Virus record (IMG/VR): IMGVR_UViG_3300035494_000060
Coordinates: 1-64,000 of that record
Length of the DNA stretch: 64,000 nt
DNA from: a virus
Strand: one strand, 5' to 3'
The notes under the pieces are model-generated. The model was not told the origin of the DNA. It made no database searches and saw only the letters and a program-made list of their open reading frames with translations. This document shows positions 16,048 to 24,783 of the stretch, in pieces. Both the position numbers and the translations under genes were made by a program. Numbering within the stretch: the stretch's first letter is position 1; each line of letters opens with the position of its first letter.

Positions 16048-16499
16048 TCCATCAGGGACTCTCGTGCGCTCTGGACCTCAGGCCGCACGAGAAACTTGGT
16101 CACATCCTTCAAGGGGTCGGGGTCACGCCCGGCTACCAGGGCATGGAGCAGCGCCAGCGCGTCACGGAGGATGCGAGACTTTACCGCTGAATGCGCCATG
16201 ATGACCAGCTTGATGCGGACAGCCAGCTCTGGCTTGACCCCCATCGCCATCATTTCCCGGAACAGGGAACTCCCCTCGCTCAGGTCGCCGCCTGGGACGT
16301 GCTCCATGGATCGGTGCCAGTCGTCCAGGCGCCGGCTCCATACCCTACCGTTGGGGCCCGAGTACACGACCTCCACCGGGTAGCGTTCAAGGTCAGTGCT
16401 GTGCTCGTTGGTGAGGGCCAGTACGACATACTGCATCTGGCTCTTGTAGTGCTTCCACTTGGTGCCCGGGATGACCGGGTGCAGGGTGGGTGTGTGCAT
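16044..16499 (-). CDS. DUF1653-like domain protein
   Basis: N-terminal KWKHYKSQMQYVVLALTNEHSTDLERYPVEVVYSGPNGRVWSRRLDDW matches the remembered DUF1653 pattern. Confidence 0.6.
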   Translation of the reverse strand: MHTPTLHPVIPGTKWKHYKSQMQYVVLALTNEHSTDLERYPVEVVYSGPNGRVWSRRLDDWHRSMEHVPGGDLSEGSSLFREMMAMGVKPELAVRIKLVIMAHSAVKSRILRDALALLHALVAGRDPDPLKDVTKFLVRPEVQSARESLME

Positions 16500-16527
16500 T
16501 GCAAGGCTCCTTGGGCGGGCTGGCCTA

Positions 16528-16944
16528 CTACCAGCGCCCCTCGATGATGGAGTTGGCGGCGATCATGATGTTGGTCCTCAGGGCCTCGGTCCAAGCGCCC
16601 CGGTAGTGCGACCATTGGTAGATCACGACCTCCACGTCTTCGAAGCGAAGCTCCATCTTGACGTCCCCGTTGATCCCGGTGGTGTCCACCCTCGTGACTG
16701 CCAGGGTGCGCCCATGGTTCTCCCAGCCACCCCCCAGGTAGTGGGCCCGGATGACGTGCATGGCGGTGCACACCGGGGTCATGTGGGCCCGCACCAGGGT
16801 GAACTTCTCCTCGGGCACCGCACGACGCACGGCAGACACCTCGTGCGCCAGGACTGGAATCAGGTCTTCTTGGTCTTTCGCAGTGAAGGCAACACCATCC
16901 CAGCCCAAGCCGGTCTGGATGCTGAACAGGTGAAATGCGTGCAT
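16528..16944 (-). CDS. hypothetical protein
   Basis: ORF 16528..16959, start reset to ATG 16944 after CATGGAGGG. Lies downstream of P8. Confidence 0.6.
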   Translation of the reverse strand: MHAFHLFSIQTGLGWDGVAFTAKDQEDLIPVLAHEVSAVRRAVPEEKFTLVRAHMTPVCTAMHVIRAHYLGGGWENHGRTLAVTRVDTTGINGDVKMELRFEDVEVVIYQWSHYRGAWTEALRTNIMIAANSIIEGRW

Positions 16945-16992
16945 CTGGTAACCCTCCATGAAGGGGACCGGGACGGCCCCCCAACACCCACT

Positions 16993-17021
16993 ATTCTCCT
17001 ACAACCCCCTGTGTTCGTCAA
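16993..17021 (-). promoter_or_regulatory. conserved sigma70-like promoter P8
   Basis: TTGACG-N17-GAGAAT. A palindrome lies 9 bp upstream. Confidence 0.7.
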
Positions 17022-17030
17022 GTCATCGGG

Positions 17031-17044
17031 TGCAGTTAATTGCA
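17031..17044. repeat. 14-bp palindrome copy
   Basis: TGCAGTTAATTGCA, 9 bp upstream of the P8 -35. Confidence 0.9.
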
Positions 17045-17051
17045 CACGCGG

Positions 17052-17540
17052 TCACAGCGCCGGCCAGTAATGACCACCCCCTCCGAGGCGGACCCCCAGG
17101 TACATCAAGGCAGCACGCCACCGCGCCACACCCTCTGCTCGTAGCGCCCGGTAGAAGATTCGGTCGCATTCCAGGCGGGGCAGGGCGCCCACCGTATACA
17201 GGTGGTCATGCAGGGCACTCGCGGCATTGCCGTACCCGGCGACTACCGCGTACAGCGCCAGGAGGATCAGCCCCAGGCCACCCATGAGGCTCGCCAACAG
17301 CGGAGCGGTTAGGAGCAGGGAGGCGGGGACGCTCAGGCCGGCGGCGGTGATCAAGGCCCCCACGCTGGCGGAACGGATGGACCGGATGCTGGCGAAGTTG
17401 GTGCTGGTGCCGGCCGCAACCACCTGCATGCCGTGCTTGGCATCGAAGAATATCAGCGGGGCTGACAGGCGCCACTCCCAGCGGCCCAGCTGCACGGTCG
17501 CCAGGGGTGTTGCAAAGTAGCTCTGGCCTACCGCATCCAC
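17052..17540 (-). CDS. DUF1353-like protein
   Basis: WEWRLSAPLIFFD...TNFASIRSIR...ALHDHLY...ECDRIFYRALRAEGV...YLGVRLGG. The ORF extends to 17675, but that N-terminal part has low GC3. GTG 17540 is proposed as the start. Confidence 0.55.
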   Translation of the reverse strand: MDAVGQSYFATPLATVQLGRWEWRLSAPLIFFDAKHGMQVVAAGTSTNFASIRSIRSASVGALITAAGLSVPASLLLTAPLLASLMGGLGLILLALYAVVAGYGNAASALHDHLYTVGALPRLECDRIFYRALRAEGVARWRAALMYLGVRLGGGGHYWPAL

Positions 17541-17704
17541 AGCAGGGTTCGGTTCAGCATCACGGACAGAACAGCGATCTGCTGGGAGGTCAGGTAAGGC
17601 ACCCCCGCAGCCCTCGCCAGCACACGCGCCTGCACAACATCCTTTGGTACTAGCACACATTCCATCGGCCTCCACGGCGTAAATTGACCGGGGTAGTGTG
17701 CCAT
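17528..17704 (-). CDS. hypothetical small protein
   Basis: Frame of ORF 17528..17725. By hand count, third-position GC is about 70% here versus about 45% in the overlapping frame. ATG 17704 lies 4 nt after the upstream TGA. Confidence 0.45.
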   Translation of the reverse strand: MAHYPGQFTPWRPMECVLVPKDVVQARVLARAAGVPYLTSQQIAVLSVMLNRTLLWMR

Positions 17705-17708
17705 GCGG

Positions 17709-17918
17709 TCACCAGTTCTGCCCATCTACCCGGCCCCCAAACACGAGGTCCCCGCAAGGGTCCAGGCGCGCCTCGACGTAGCACTCCCCGTCCTCGCCCA
17801 TCAGGGCCCGCAGGTTGTCGGTCTGCTCGACAAAGAACGCCAGCTTGCCATCCTCGGAGGTGGCCAGGAGCGGCCCCTCGGTGGAGTCGTTGGCCGGGCG
17901 CTTGAGCTTGATCAGCAT
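17709..17918 (-). CDS. hypothetical protein
   Basis: ORF-track 69 aa. 7-nt overlap with the upstream gene. Confidence 0.5.
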   Translation of the reverse strand: MLIKLKRPANDSTEGPLLATSEDGKLAFFVEQTDNLRALMGEDGECYVEARLDPCGDLVFGGRVDGQNW

Positions 17919-18130
17919 GCGAGGGCCTCCTCAGGGTGGGGGATCAGCAGGACACCGCCGAACTCGCGCACGCGGTCGCGCATGGCGTCCTCGCCAATGC
18001 CGTCCATGGTGAAGTTGACGATGTAGCTGTCACCGATCTGCGTCCCATCGGCTTCGAACTCGACCAGCTGAGGTGCGGTGATGAAGTTGGCCAGCTCGTC
18101 CGCCGACATGAACAGGGCTCCGTAGATCAT
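17912..18130 (-). CDS. hypothetical acidic protein
   Basis: ORF-track 72 aa. ATGA overlap with the upstream gene. Confidence 0.5.
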   Translation of the reverse strand: MIYGALFMSADELANFITAPQLVEFEADGTQIGDSYIVNFTMDGIGEDAMRDRVREFGGVLLIPHPEEALAC

Positions 18131-18390
18131 GCGCGCTTCCCCCAGTAGAGTTTCACGGCTGGACCCTCGGCCCCCTCGATCAGGTCCTCCCAGGGCCAGT
18201 GGTTGGCCAAGTTGGCCTCGATTTCGGCATTGCTGAAGCGGTTCGGGGAGACCTTCACTTCCTGGCCATTCACACCTTTGACAATGATGCGGAAGCGCTT
18301 GAAGGGCGCCTGGTCACGGGAGGGCAGGCCGGCGGCTTCAACGCGATTGAAACGGGCCATGTCGAGGAGGGAGGGGGCAAAAGCGGTCAT
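18127..18390 (-). CDS. hypothetical protein
   Basis: ORF-track 87 aa. AGGAG lies before the ATG. Lies downstream of P9. Confidence 0.6.
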   Translation of the reverse strand: MTAFAPSLLDMARFNRVEAAGLPSRDQAPFKRFRIIVKGVNGQEVKVSPNRFSNAEIEANLANHWPWEDLIEGAEGPAVKLYWGKRA

Positions 18391-18437
18391 GTGCTACTCC
18401 TTGGTGAGGTGGGGAATTTGCGTCCCCCGATGTACAC

Positions 18438-18466
18438 AGTCTCGCTAGTCCCCCTTTGTTCGTCAA
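18438..18466 (-). promoter_or_regulatory. conserved sigma70-like promoter P9
   Basis: TTGACG-N17-GAGACT. A palindrome lies 9 bp upstream. Confidence 0.7.
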
Positions 18467-18475
18467 GTGGTGGAG

Positions 18476-18489
18476 TGCAATTAGTTGCA
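18476..18489. repeat. 14-bp palindrome copy
   Basis: TGCAATTAGTTGCA, 9 bp upstream of the P9 -35. Confidence 0.9.
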
Positions 18490-18494
18490 CGAAT

Positions 18495-18758
18495 TTAGCG
18501 GGCGGTGGCTATCCAGTGAATCCAGCCCACCTGGTTGGTCCCATCGCCGCGCAGCCCGGCTTGGGCCTCCATGTACTCGTCGACCACGCGGGCCAGGTCC
18601 ATGGGGTTGGCCTTGCGCTTGGTCCTGAAGGTCAAGGAATCCAGGGCACCGTCCTGCCACATCACCTTCATCGACACCGACCAGATGCGCGGCGTCCGAT
18701 CCAGGCCCTTGGACTTCTCGATGATCCGCGTCCGGCTGTCAAAGCTGATCCTGGCCAT
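18495..18758 (-). CDS. hypothetical protein
   Basis: ORF-track 87 aa. 1-nt start/stop overlap. Confidence 0.55.
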   Translation of the reverse strand: MARISFDSRTRIIEKSKGLDRTPRIWSVSMKVMWQDGALDSLTFRTKRKANPMDLARVVDEYMEAQAGLRGDGTNQVGWIHWIATAR

Positions 18759-18979
18759 CAGTAGCCTCCAGGCCGGCGGCCAGGGTGGCAGGTCACGTCA
18801 CCCTCGCGGACTGCGTACCAGTGCAATTGGTTGCACCGAGGGCACTGCATTTCCTTGCCGTCCACGATCAAGTCAAGGCGCCCCATGTCGGCTCGGCAGC
18901 GCCCGCAGCGCAGCCCGAACGGCCCACGCAACATGGCGTCCGGGGTGATGACGGTTCCGGTGTGCACTCTAGTCGACAT
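18758..18979 (-). CDS. zinc-ribbon protein
   Basis: ORF-track 73 aa. CGRC...CPRC. Confidence 0.55.
   Translation of the reverse strand: MSTRVHTGTVITPDAMLRGPFGLRCGRCRADMGRLDLIVDGKEMQCPRCNQLHWYAVREGDVTCHPGRRPGGY
18822..18835. repeat. 14-bp palindrome copy
   Basis: TGCAATTGGTTGCA inside 18758..18979, read as C-N-Q-L-H. Confidence 0.9.
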
Positions 18980-19283
18980 TCTCAGGCTCCCCTAGTGGCC
19001 AGCGTTCTCCGGGGCGCGGGCCCCATACGGCGGTGCGCCGTTCCATTTCAACCTCCCGATAGAAGCCCTCCGGCGTGTGGTATCGGGGGAAGGTGTCCAG
19101 CCGGGCCAGGGCGGCGCCCGCCTGTGACTTCGACATCGCCGGGGTCCATCCGATCCGCTGCTTGGCAGTCTGTACGATCTGCCCGATCCGACTGGGGTTC
19201 AGGCCGTAGAGGGCCGCCAGCTCGGCATAGGTCCGACCACACAAGTGATCCATCAGGATGCGCTTATTCCTCAGGCTGACCAT
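18969..19283 (-). CDS. HTH protein (sigma70 region-4/LuxR-like)
   Basis: RNKRILMDHLCGRTYAELAALYGLNPSRIGQIVQTAKQRI. Confidence 0.55.
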   Translation of the reverse strand: MVSLRNKRILMDHLCGRTYAELAALYGLNPSRIGQIVQTAKQRIGWTPAMSKSQAGAALARLDTFPRYHTPEGFYREVEMERRTAVWGPRPGERWPLGEPENVD

Positions 19284-19962
19284 AGGCCCCCTCGTCTGGC
19301 AGTGGGCCCTCGTAGAGGTAGGCTTGGAGGTCCCACCCGTCGATCTGGCTGCTCTCGTAATCGCGGCTGATATTGGTGGCGCCGAAGGTGTAGAACGCCC
19401 CCAGCTTGAAGCCCCCCTCAGGCTCGTGCACCCCAGCCAGGATGTCCGAGCCGGCTTGGCTTATGTCCTCGGCCAGGATGTCGTACTGACCCGCCCGCAC
19501 CCGCACCAGCTTCTTGCCGAAGACCACCTCGCCATCGGAGGTCAGGCCAAGGTCACGACTACCCACCACCACGTAAATGGCCGGGTCCGGGTCGTCAGCC
19601 TCCTGGGCCTGCGGGGCGAGGGACAGCGGAGCTGGGGGTGGCGCCATGACGGGCGGGACCGCCGGCACGGGTACGGAAGCCGGCAGGGGCTGTGGCGCCT
19701 GGGAGCCATACCAGTCAAACACGGAGTCATAGCTCCCTTGGATGGTGGGCGGTACAGCCACCTCGACCCAATCCGGTAGGGGCCACACAGACACCAGGCG
19801 CTGGCCCGAGTAGGCGTGGGCCTTGCCATCCTCGATCTTCAGCGTCCACCCGCCATTCTCCACCTCGGCCCGGGTGATCCGCCCATCGGGGCCACGCTGA
19901 ACATCACTCAGTAGCAGGTCGGGGCGGCAGCCCTCACGGGTTACCAGCAAAACTCGACTCAT
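19264..19962 (-). CDS. hypothetical protein with Pro-rich linker
   Basis: ORF 19264..20370, start reset to ATG 19962, 8 nt after AGGAG and 5 nt after the upstream stop. Confidence 0.6.
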   Translation of the reverse strand: MSRVLLVTREGCRPDLLLSDVQRGPDGRITRAEVENGGWTLKIEDGKAHAYSGQRLVSVWPLPDWVEVAVPPTIQGSYDSVFDWYGSQAPQPLPASVPVPAVPPVMAPPPAPLSLAPQAQEADDPDPAIYVVVGSRDLGLTSDGEVVFGKKLVRVRAGQYDILAEDISQAGSDILAGVHEPEGGFKLGAFYTFGATNISRDYESSQIDGWDLQAYLYEGPLPDEGAYGQPEE

Positions 19963-19967
19963 GGGGG

Positions 19968-20966
19968 TCACTCCTGGGTATAGGCGCTGGCGCGCTGGTT
20001 GACTACGGTCTCGGGCACGAAGGACCAGCGACTGCCAGGCTCCATGTCCTTGTATTCGTTCTGGTAGTAGCGGGCGGCGCGCAGCTGGCGGAAGTGCCAG
20101 GGCCGCAGGTAGGCCTTCTGTAGCCGCTTGGGGTCCTGGCGCTTGCCGGCGGCCGGGCTGGTCATCGAGTAGGGGGCCAACCCACAGGCCGGCGGGTGCC
20201 CGATCAGCTTCACGCCCCGCTCGCTTGGGTAGCCCCGGTGCAAGCGCTGGCCGTGTGTCGCCTGGTTGTACACCCCTAGGGCGGCGATCAGGCGCAACAC
20301 GTGGTACTGGACCCGGGCCTCGGCGTCTGACATGGCCCAGCGGTGTCGGACCTCGGGGTTGGCCATGCACTTACTCAGCGTCTGCCGGAAGGCATCGAAG
20401 TCCCGGCTGGACAGCAGCAGGGGGAAGTCGGATTGAGGCAGCGCGGTGCGGGCATAGGTGCCATCGACGTCCAGGTAGGTGACCGACACGGCGCGCTGAC
20501 CCTTGAAGCCATCATGGAAGGAGGCCGTCACGCCCATGTACTCGCCCATGGCCACTGTGGCGGCAGCGCGGCTCTCCGGGGTCGACCAGTTGACCAGAAC
20601 GGACGGGATCACGGTGCCGTCCACCTTGAAGCCCTCGGGCATGGCCAGCACGAACGAATCGAAGGGCAGGGCAAAGCCCGCCGGGGTGTCCATGCTGAAG
20701 CGCGACCGGGACAGGGACTCCATCAGCTCGACGGCGGCGGGGAACAGGGTCACGCACTCGTCCTGGCGCCAGCAGTGCTCGTCGGACAGGACCAACCACG
20801 TGATTTCCCCAGGCTGGGTTCCCAGGCTGCCCGGCACCAGTTGCCGGAGGATGTCGCGGTCGGTGTAGCGGCTGCTGTCGGACCCCATGCCCCGGCGCAC
20901 TTGCTTGACGAAGCGCTCCAGGGCCGAAGGGTAGATGGCATAGCGGTTCTTGCGTTCTTGGCTCAT
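19968..20966 (-). CDS. hypothetical protein (332 aa)
   Basis: ORF 19968..21005, start reset to ATG 20966 after AGGTGG. ATGA overlap with the small upstream ORF. Confidence 0.65.
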   Translation of the reverse strand: MSQERKNRYAIYPSALERFVKQVRRGMGSDSSRYTDRDILRQLVPGSLGTQPGEITWLVLSDEHCWRQDECVTLFPAAVELMESLSRSRFSMDTPAGFALPFDSFVLAMPEGFKVDGTVIPSVLVNWSTPESRAAATVAMGEYMGVTASFHDGFKGQRAVSVTYLDVDGTYARTALPQSDFPLLLSSRDFDAFRQTLSKCMANPEVRHRWAMSDAEARVQYHVLRLIAALGVYNQATHGQRLHRGYPSERGVKLIGHPPACGLAPYSMTSPAAGKRQDPKRLQKAYLRPWHFRQLRAARYYQNEYKDMEPGSRWSFVPETVVNQRASAYTQE

Positions 20967-21115
20967 TTCAGCCACCTGGGTATGCGGTTGTAGACTCGGG
21001 GCCACTTGGCTTCAGCCACCGACACGAAGGGGCCCCCGAGGATGGCCAGGGCGGTGCTGCCTATCGCCAGCCACTTGAGCAGCTCCAGCACCATGGGCCC
21101 GTATTGCAGGGTCAT
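20963..21115 (-). CDS. small membrane protein (50 aa, below the ORF-track cutoff)
   Basis: Hand-translated MTLQYGPMVLELLKWLAIGSTALAILGGPFVSV.... ATGA overlaps at both ends. Confidence 0.45.
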   Translation of the reverse strand: MTLQYGPMVLELLKWLAIGSTALAILGGPFVSVAEAKWPRVYNRIPRWLK

Positions 21116-21426
21116 TCCACCCACCACACGCTGTCGACCTCCAGCAGGGGGTCACCGTGGCGCGGGTGGCCACCTTCCTCCTTGCCAGTGTTCGGGTTGC
21201 GATAGGGCGGGTTGTCGAACTGGGTCTTCACCACGTTGGCCACGCCATCGGCGGTGAGCTGGTCCCTGGCCTGGATCAGCAGGGCGTTCTGGACCACCCA
21301 GGGCAGCGAGTCAGGCGCGCACAGGTGGACCGTGCAAAAGCGGCCACCATGGCGGCGCTTTTCAATGATCAGGCTGAACTTCTTGGCGGCGCGTGTGATC
21401 GCGCTGGTCACGTTGGAATCGTTCAT
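21112..21426 (-). CDS. hypothetical protein
   Basis: ORF 21112..21510, start reset to ATG 21426 after CATGGAGGG. Lies downstream of P10. Confidence 0.6.
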   Translation of the reverse strand: MNDSNVTSAITRAAKKFSLIIEKRRHGGRFCTVHLCAPDSLPWVVQNALLIQARDQLTADGVANVVKTQFDNPPYRNPNTGKEEGGHPRHGDPLLEVDSVWWVE

Positions 21427-21460
21427 CGAGTACCCTCCATGCGGTTGTTTCGATGGGGTG

Positions 21461-21489
21461 ATTCTCGCACCCCTAGCTGTGTTCGTCAA
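21461..21489 (-). promoter_or_regulatory. conserved sigma70-like promoter P10
   Basis: TTGACG-N17-GAGAAT. Confidence 0.7.
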
Positions 21490-21748
21490 GCGGTGAGGCG
21501 GGGCGACCAATCAGCTCGCAGTGCGCGGCCCACCAGGCTCGGAACTCACTGGGCAGATACCAGGACACCGAGCCCTTGCGCTTGTTCTTCAGCTGGGGCC
21601 GGGGGCGTTCCAGCTTGGTCTGAGCCAAGTGCCCGCGCAGCGCATTGGCCGTGATGCCCAGCTCTGCCGCCAGCTCGACGAAGGACCTCAGAGGCTCGCG
21701 CTTCTGGCCCTTCAGCCGGTTCATGGTGGTGTAGGGAACCATCCTCAT
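21473..21748 (-). CDS. putative HTH protein
   Basis: ORF-track 91 aa. LRSFVELAAELGITANALRGHL. ATGA overlap upstream. The 3' end reads into P10. Confidence 0.5.
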   Translation of the reverse strand: MRMVPYTTMNRLKGQKREPLRSFVELAAELGITANALRGHLAQTKLERPRPQLKNKRKGSVSWYLPSEFRAWWAAHCELIGRPASPLDEHS

Positions 21749-21993
21749 AGCTCATGATTCCTGTGCGCCCGGTACTCCAGCAGCTTCTCCCGAAGGTGCT
21801 CCTCCAGCAGGTCGAGGTCCTCCGCCGGGTTCTCGCTGTCCACCAGGGTGACCGCCAGAGTGCCGGTGCCGGTGCACACGGTGACTTCGGTGTCGATGCC
21901 ATCCATGTTGCTGGCCAGACCCTCGGCGTACCACAGCTCGTCAGTGTCGCTGAAGGCCACGCGCAGCTGGTGCAGGCGGGTGAAATTGATCAT
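21745..21993 (-). CDS. hypothetical acidic protein
   Basis: ORF 21745..22068, start reset to ATG 21993 after CATGGAGGG. Lies downstream of P11. Confidence 0.6.
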   Translation of the reverse strand: MINFTRLHQLRVAFSDTDELWYAEGLASNMDGIDTEVTVCTGTGTLAVTLVDSENPAEDLDLLEEHLREKLLEYRAHRNHEL

Positions 21994-22038
21994 AGGTGAG
22001 CCCTCCATGTTGGGTGCGGGTGTCCGCTTGATGGACGT

Positions 22039-22068
22039 ATTCTCCCGCACCCGTACTCTGTTCGTCAA
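22039..22068 (-). promoter_or_regulatory. conserved sigma70-like promoter P11
   Basis: TTGACG-N18-GAGAAT. A palindrome lies 8 bp upstream. Confidence 0.7.
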
Positions 22069-22076
22069 ACAGTCCG

Positions 22077-22090
22077 TGCAGTTAATTGCA
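22077..22090. repeat. 14-bp palindrome copy
   Basis: TGCAGTTAATTGCA, 8 bp upstream of the P11 -35. Contains the TAA stop of 22082..22309. Confidence 0.9.
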
Positions 22091-22309
22091 GCGGTTTCTG
22101 GCCTCCAGGTCCGCTTTCAGTTGACCTATCAGTAGGGCCTGGTCCCGGCACAGCTGCTCAAGGTTGTCACCGACCACCTTGGCCTCCGCCACCAGTTTCT
22201 TGGCATTGTCGACGGCCTCCGCGCTCCGGCTGAGGTGGCGTTGCAGGTGGATGTGGGCCAGCACGACGCCCATTAGGACGCCTACCGCGAAGAACAGGGT
22301 GTCGCTCAT
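22082..22309 (-). CDS. membrane-anchored coiled-coil protein
   Basis: ORF-track 75 aa. N-terminal LFFAVGVLMGVVLAHI. ATGA overlap upstream. Confidence 0.5.
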   Translation of the reverse strand: MSDTLFFAVGVLMGVVLAHIHLQRHLSRSAEAVDNAKKLVAEAKVVGDNLEQLCRDQALLIGQLKADLEARNRCN

Positions 22310-22812
22310 GAAGAGACCCCCGGTGCCTGGGAGAGGAACTCGGCCACGCGCGCATGGATGCGGCGTTCAAACTCGCGGCGCTCCGCCAGGTCCAGGGCGC
22401 CCTCGACTGCCGTGGTCACACGCTGGTCGAGACCGGCCTCGTACTCGGCGGACAACTCGCTGATCAGGGTGGTGACGCGGGACACCACGTTGTCTCGGAA
22501 CGCCTTTCTGGCCGCGTCCGCCAGTGCCGTGGCCAGGGGGCTGCCATCAGGGACGTGCACCTTGCCCAGGGGCCCCAGGTGGCCACCCTGGAAATACTCA
22601 GCCACCAGGGCCTTGTAATCCAGCTCCTGGGTGGTAGCGGCCACCAGGGTGCGCAGGTATTCCCGCATGTCGTCGGTGAGGGCGCCCTTGACGAATTGCT
22701 TGGCCGCCGTGGAAAGGATGTGGTTTTGCAGTTGCACCCGGACTTCTGAACCTTCAGGGAACAGGGCCTGAATGGCCTCGTGGTCCAGCTTGAGTGTTAC
22801 GTTGGTCATCAT
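22306..22812 (-). CDS. hypothetical protein
   Basis: ORF-track 168 aa. CATGGAGGGTTCATGATG. Lies downstream of P12. Confidence 0.65.
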   Translation of the reverse strand: MMTNVTLKLDHEAIQALFPEGSEVRVQLQNHILSTAAKQFVKGALTDDMREYLRTLVAATTQELDYKALVAEYFQGGHLGPLGKVHVPDGSPLATALADAARKAFRDNVVSRVTTLISELSAEYEAGLDQRVTTAVEGALDLAERREFERRIHARVAEFLSQAPGVSS

Positions 22813-22850
22813 GAACCCTCCATGGGGGCCGGCGTGGCCCCGACTCGCTC

Positions 22851-22879
22851 AGTCTCACACCGTGATGTGTGTTTGTCAA
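22851..22879 (-). promoter_or_regulatory. conserved sigma70-like promoter P12
   Basis: TTGACA-N17-GAGACT. A palindrome lies 20 bp upstream. Confidence 0.65.
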
Positions 22880-22899
22880 GCGGTCGGGGTGCCGGCGAG

Positions 22900-22913
22900 T
22901 GCAATCAGTTGCA
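22900..22913. repeat. 14-bp palindrome copy
   Basis: TGCAATCAGTTGCA, 20 bp upstream of the P12 -35. Contains the stop of 22905..23099. Confidence 0.9.
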
Positions 22914-23099
22914 CGGTAGGCCCTGCTCCTCCAGGCGGGCGCGGTGGTCCAGATAGTCCTGGGCCCCTTGGTCAAAGCTGTCATAGGTGCCGAAGGTCCG
23001 GCTCTCGTGAATCAGGTGCTCCACCCGCTCGATGCCCTCCTCCTGATACACCCTCTCGGCGGCCTTCAGGCCTTCGAACCAGCGTGTATCCCGCTTCAT
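22905..23099 (-). CDS. hypothetical protein
   Basis: ORF 22905..23147, start reset to ATG 23099, which overlaps the upstream TAA (TAATG). Confidence 0.5.
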   Translation of the reverse strand: MKRDTRWFEGLKAAERVYQEEGIERVEHLIHESRTFGTYDSFDQGAQDYLDHRARLEEQGLPCN

Positions 23100-23362
23100 T
23101 ACTCGGTCCCCGCCAGCCACCCTGGCTCTGTTGCTTCCGCCAGCCATTCGCGCATGGACCCAATGTCCTCCTTGGTGTCGCAGCTGACCCAGCGCTTATC
23201 CAGGGTGGCCTCGTCGACTTCACCGGAATCGTCCTCGTGGCCCTCGACCAAATCTGGGTCGCCTATGAGGTCGTTGTGCAGTTGGATGGCCTCCTGTAGA
23301 GAGGTGGCCGCGTAATAGTCATGGTCGCCCACGTAGTAGGCTTTCAGCTCGGTTTCTGCCAT
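23099..23362 (-). CDS. hypothetical acidic protein
   Basis: ORF 23099..23521, start reset to ATG 23362 (MAETELK). Confidence 0.5.
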   Translation of the reverse strand: MAETELKAYYVGDHDYYAATSLQEAIQLHNDLIGDPDLVEGHEDDSGEVDEATLDKRWVSCDTKEDIGSMREWLAEATEPGWLAGTE

Positions 23363-23625
23363 TTGATCTGCTCCAGGGTGGCGGGGTCCACTGGGATCAT
23401 CAGAATCCCTGTATCGGCCCAGGTGGATGGTTGCTTGCATTTGCGGCAGGTCAGGGTGAGGTGATGGGGTGCCGGGGTGTCTTCCTCGCACCTCAGCCAC
23501 CCGCCTAGCGGGCCCTGCCACGTACCGCAGTGGACACAGGCCTGATCGCAGTGGTGGGCGGCCATGTAGGCCTCATGCGCCTTGCGCTCGGCGTACCGGA
23601 CCAGCCAGTTCCAGAACCTCAGCAT
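23344..23625 (-). CDS. Cys/His-rich protein
   Basis: ORF-track 93 aa. HHCDQACVHCG...CRKC. Confidence 0.5.
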   Translation of the reverse strand: MLRFWNWLVRYAERKAHEAYMAAHHCDQACVHCGTWQGPLGGWLRCEEDTPAPHHLTLTCRKCKQPSTWADTGILMIPVDPATLEQIKWQKPS

Positions 23626-23993
23626 CAGGGCCTCCCCCTCAGGTTGGAGTCGTGGGTGGCCGCGACGTCGACCTCGTAGCCTTGGCGCATGTAGCGAGCA
23701 GACGACTCCCGCCCGGTCACTACGGTGCCGCCGCTGGCCTTACGCAGGACAATCACCTCAGGTTGAGGCCCCACGAAGTCCCCGCGCCGCAGCCGCTCGC
23801 GCAGGGCACTGACGTCCTCCCCACGCAACCAGGCCTGGCACTCGGATTGGTCCCCCAGCCATTCCAAGGTGGCGGCCACCTCCGGGTACTCGCCCAGCCA
23901 CTGGCGTGCCAGTTGCAGGTGGTGCCGGTAGCGCTCCAGACGCTCCAACTCCAGTGCCCTAGCCCGGCGGGCCCGCAAGTATCGGCCTAGCAT
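23625..23993 (-). CDS. hypothetical protein
   Basis: ORF-track 122 aa. Tightly packed with its neighbours. Confidence 0.5.
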   Translation of the reverse strand: MLGRYLRARRARALELERLERYRHHLQLARQWLGEYPEVAATLEWLGDQSECQAWLRGEDVSALRERLRRGDFVGPQPEVIVLRKASGGTVVTGRESSARYMRQGYEVDVAATHDSNLRGRP

Positions 23994-24400
23994 GACGCTC
24001 CCTCCTTCCGCAATCCAAGTTCACGCCCGACTTGCTCCAGGTGGTCGAAGAAGGGCTTCGAGCGCTCCGCGTCTATAAAGGCACACAGGTGTGGCAGTTC
24101 CCCCTCGCAGCCCATCCGGGCCACGTAGCGGGCCCATTCGGCCTGCACGTCCGGGCGGCTGAAGTTCTCCAGCATCCAGGTCAGGCGCCCGTCCATCCGG
24201 TGCACCTCGTTGTCCAGGCGTCGCTCTTGGTCCCGTGCAATTAAGTGCACGTTGCCTACCGTGTGCACGGTCTTGCAGCGTGGACAGGTCCCGTTCAGAT
24301 AGGCGTGCTCCCTGTCGAGGCCGTCCGCTCCGTCTCTGTGAAAGGTCAGGTACTGGTGGCGATCCACCTTGTGCCCAAACAGCATGCAGATCAGGTTCAT
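23987..24400 (-). CDS. hypothetical zinc-binding protein
   Basis: ORF-track 137 aa. MLFGHK...CPRC. ATGA overlap with the DHFR stop. Confidence 0.55.
   Translation of the reverse strand: MNLICMLFGHKVDRHQYLTFHRDGADGLDREHAYLNGTCPRCKTVHTVGNVHLIARDQERRLDNEVHRMDGRLTWMLENFSRPDVQAEWARYVARMGCEGELPHLCAFIDAERSKPFFDHLEQVGRELGLRKEGASC
24236..24249. repeat. 14-bp palindrome copy
   Basis: TGCAATTAAGTGCA inside 23987..24400, read as V-H-L-I-A. Confidence 0.9.
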
Positions 24401-24783
24401 TGAGGGTTGGCTCCTGGGGGGAAGAGGGGCGGCAACCAGGTGTCCGCCGGGCCATCATAGTTGACCCGGTTGATGTAGCAGCGGTCCACGTGGGGCATCC
24501 ACGTCGCGTAGGTCTTGGCCCCGCCGATGATGTAGAGGTCCCCGCCGCCGCGTTCGGCGTGCTCGGCCATGATCTTCTCCGGGGTGTCCCCCCGCCCCAT
24601 CACCCGCAGGTATCGCCCCGGCAGCGGGGGCAGCTTCTTCGCGGTGTTGTACCCCACCACCAGGGTGTGGCCCATGGTCACCTTTCGGAACCAGGCGAGG
24701 TCGTCCGGGTCGTGCCAGGGCAGCTCCCCATTGAGACCCAGCTGACCCCGCCGGCCTGCCGCCGCAATCATGATGACGGTCAT
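24397..24783 (-). CDS. dihydrofolate reductase (short form)
   Basis: IMIAAAGRRGQLGLNGELPWHDPDDLAWFRKVTMGHTLVVGYNT and LYIIGGAKTY. Confidence 0.8.
   Translation of the reverse strand: MTVIMIAAAGRRGQLGLNGELPWHDPDDLAWFRKVTMGHTLVVGYNTAKKLPPLPGRYLRVMGRGDTPEKIMAEHAERGGGDLYIIGGAKTYATWMPHVDRCYINRVNYDGPADTWLPPLFPPGANPQ

Noticed and set aside
17541-17675. The 45-codon N-terminal extension of the DUF1353-like ORF (MCASTKGCCAGACAGEGCGG...).
   Set aside because: By hand count, third-position GC is about 45% in this frame and about 70% in the overlapping frame (17528..17704). The Cys/Gly-rich sequence looks like an off-frame artefact.
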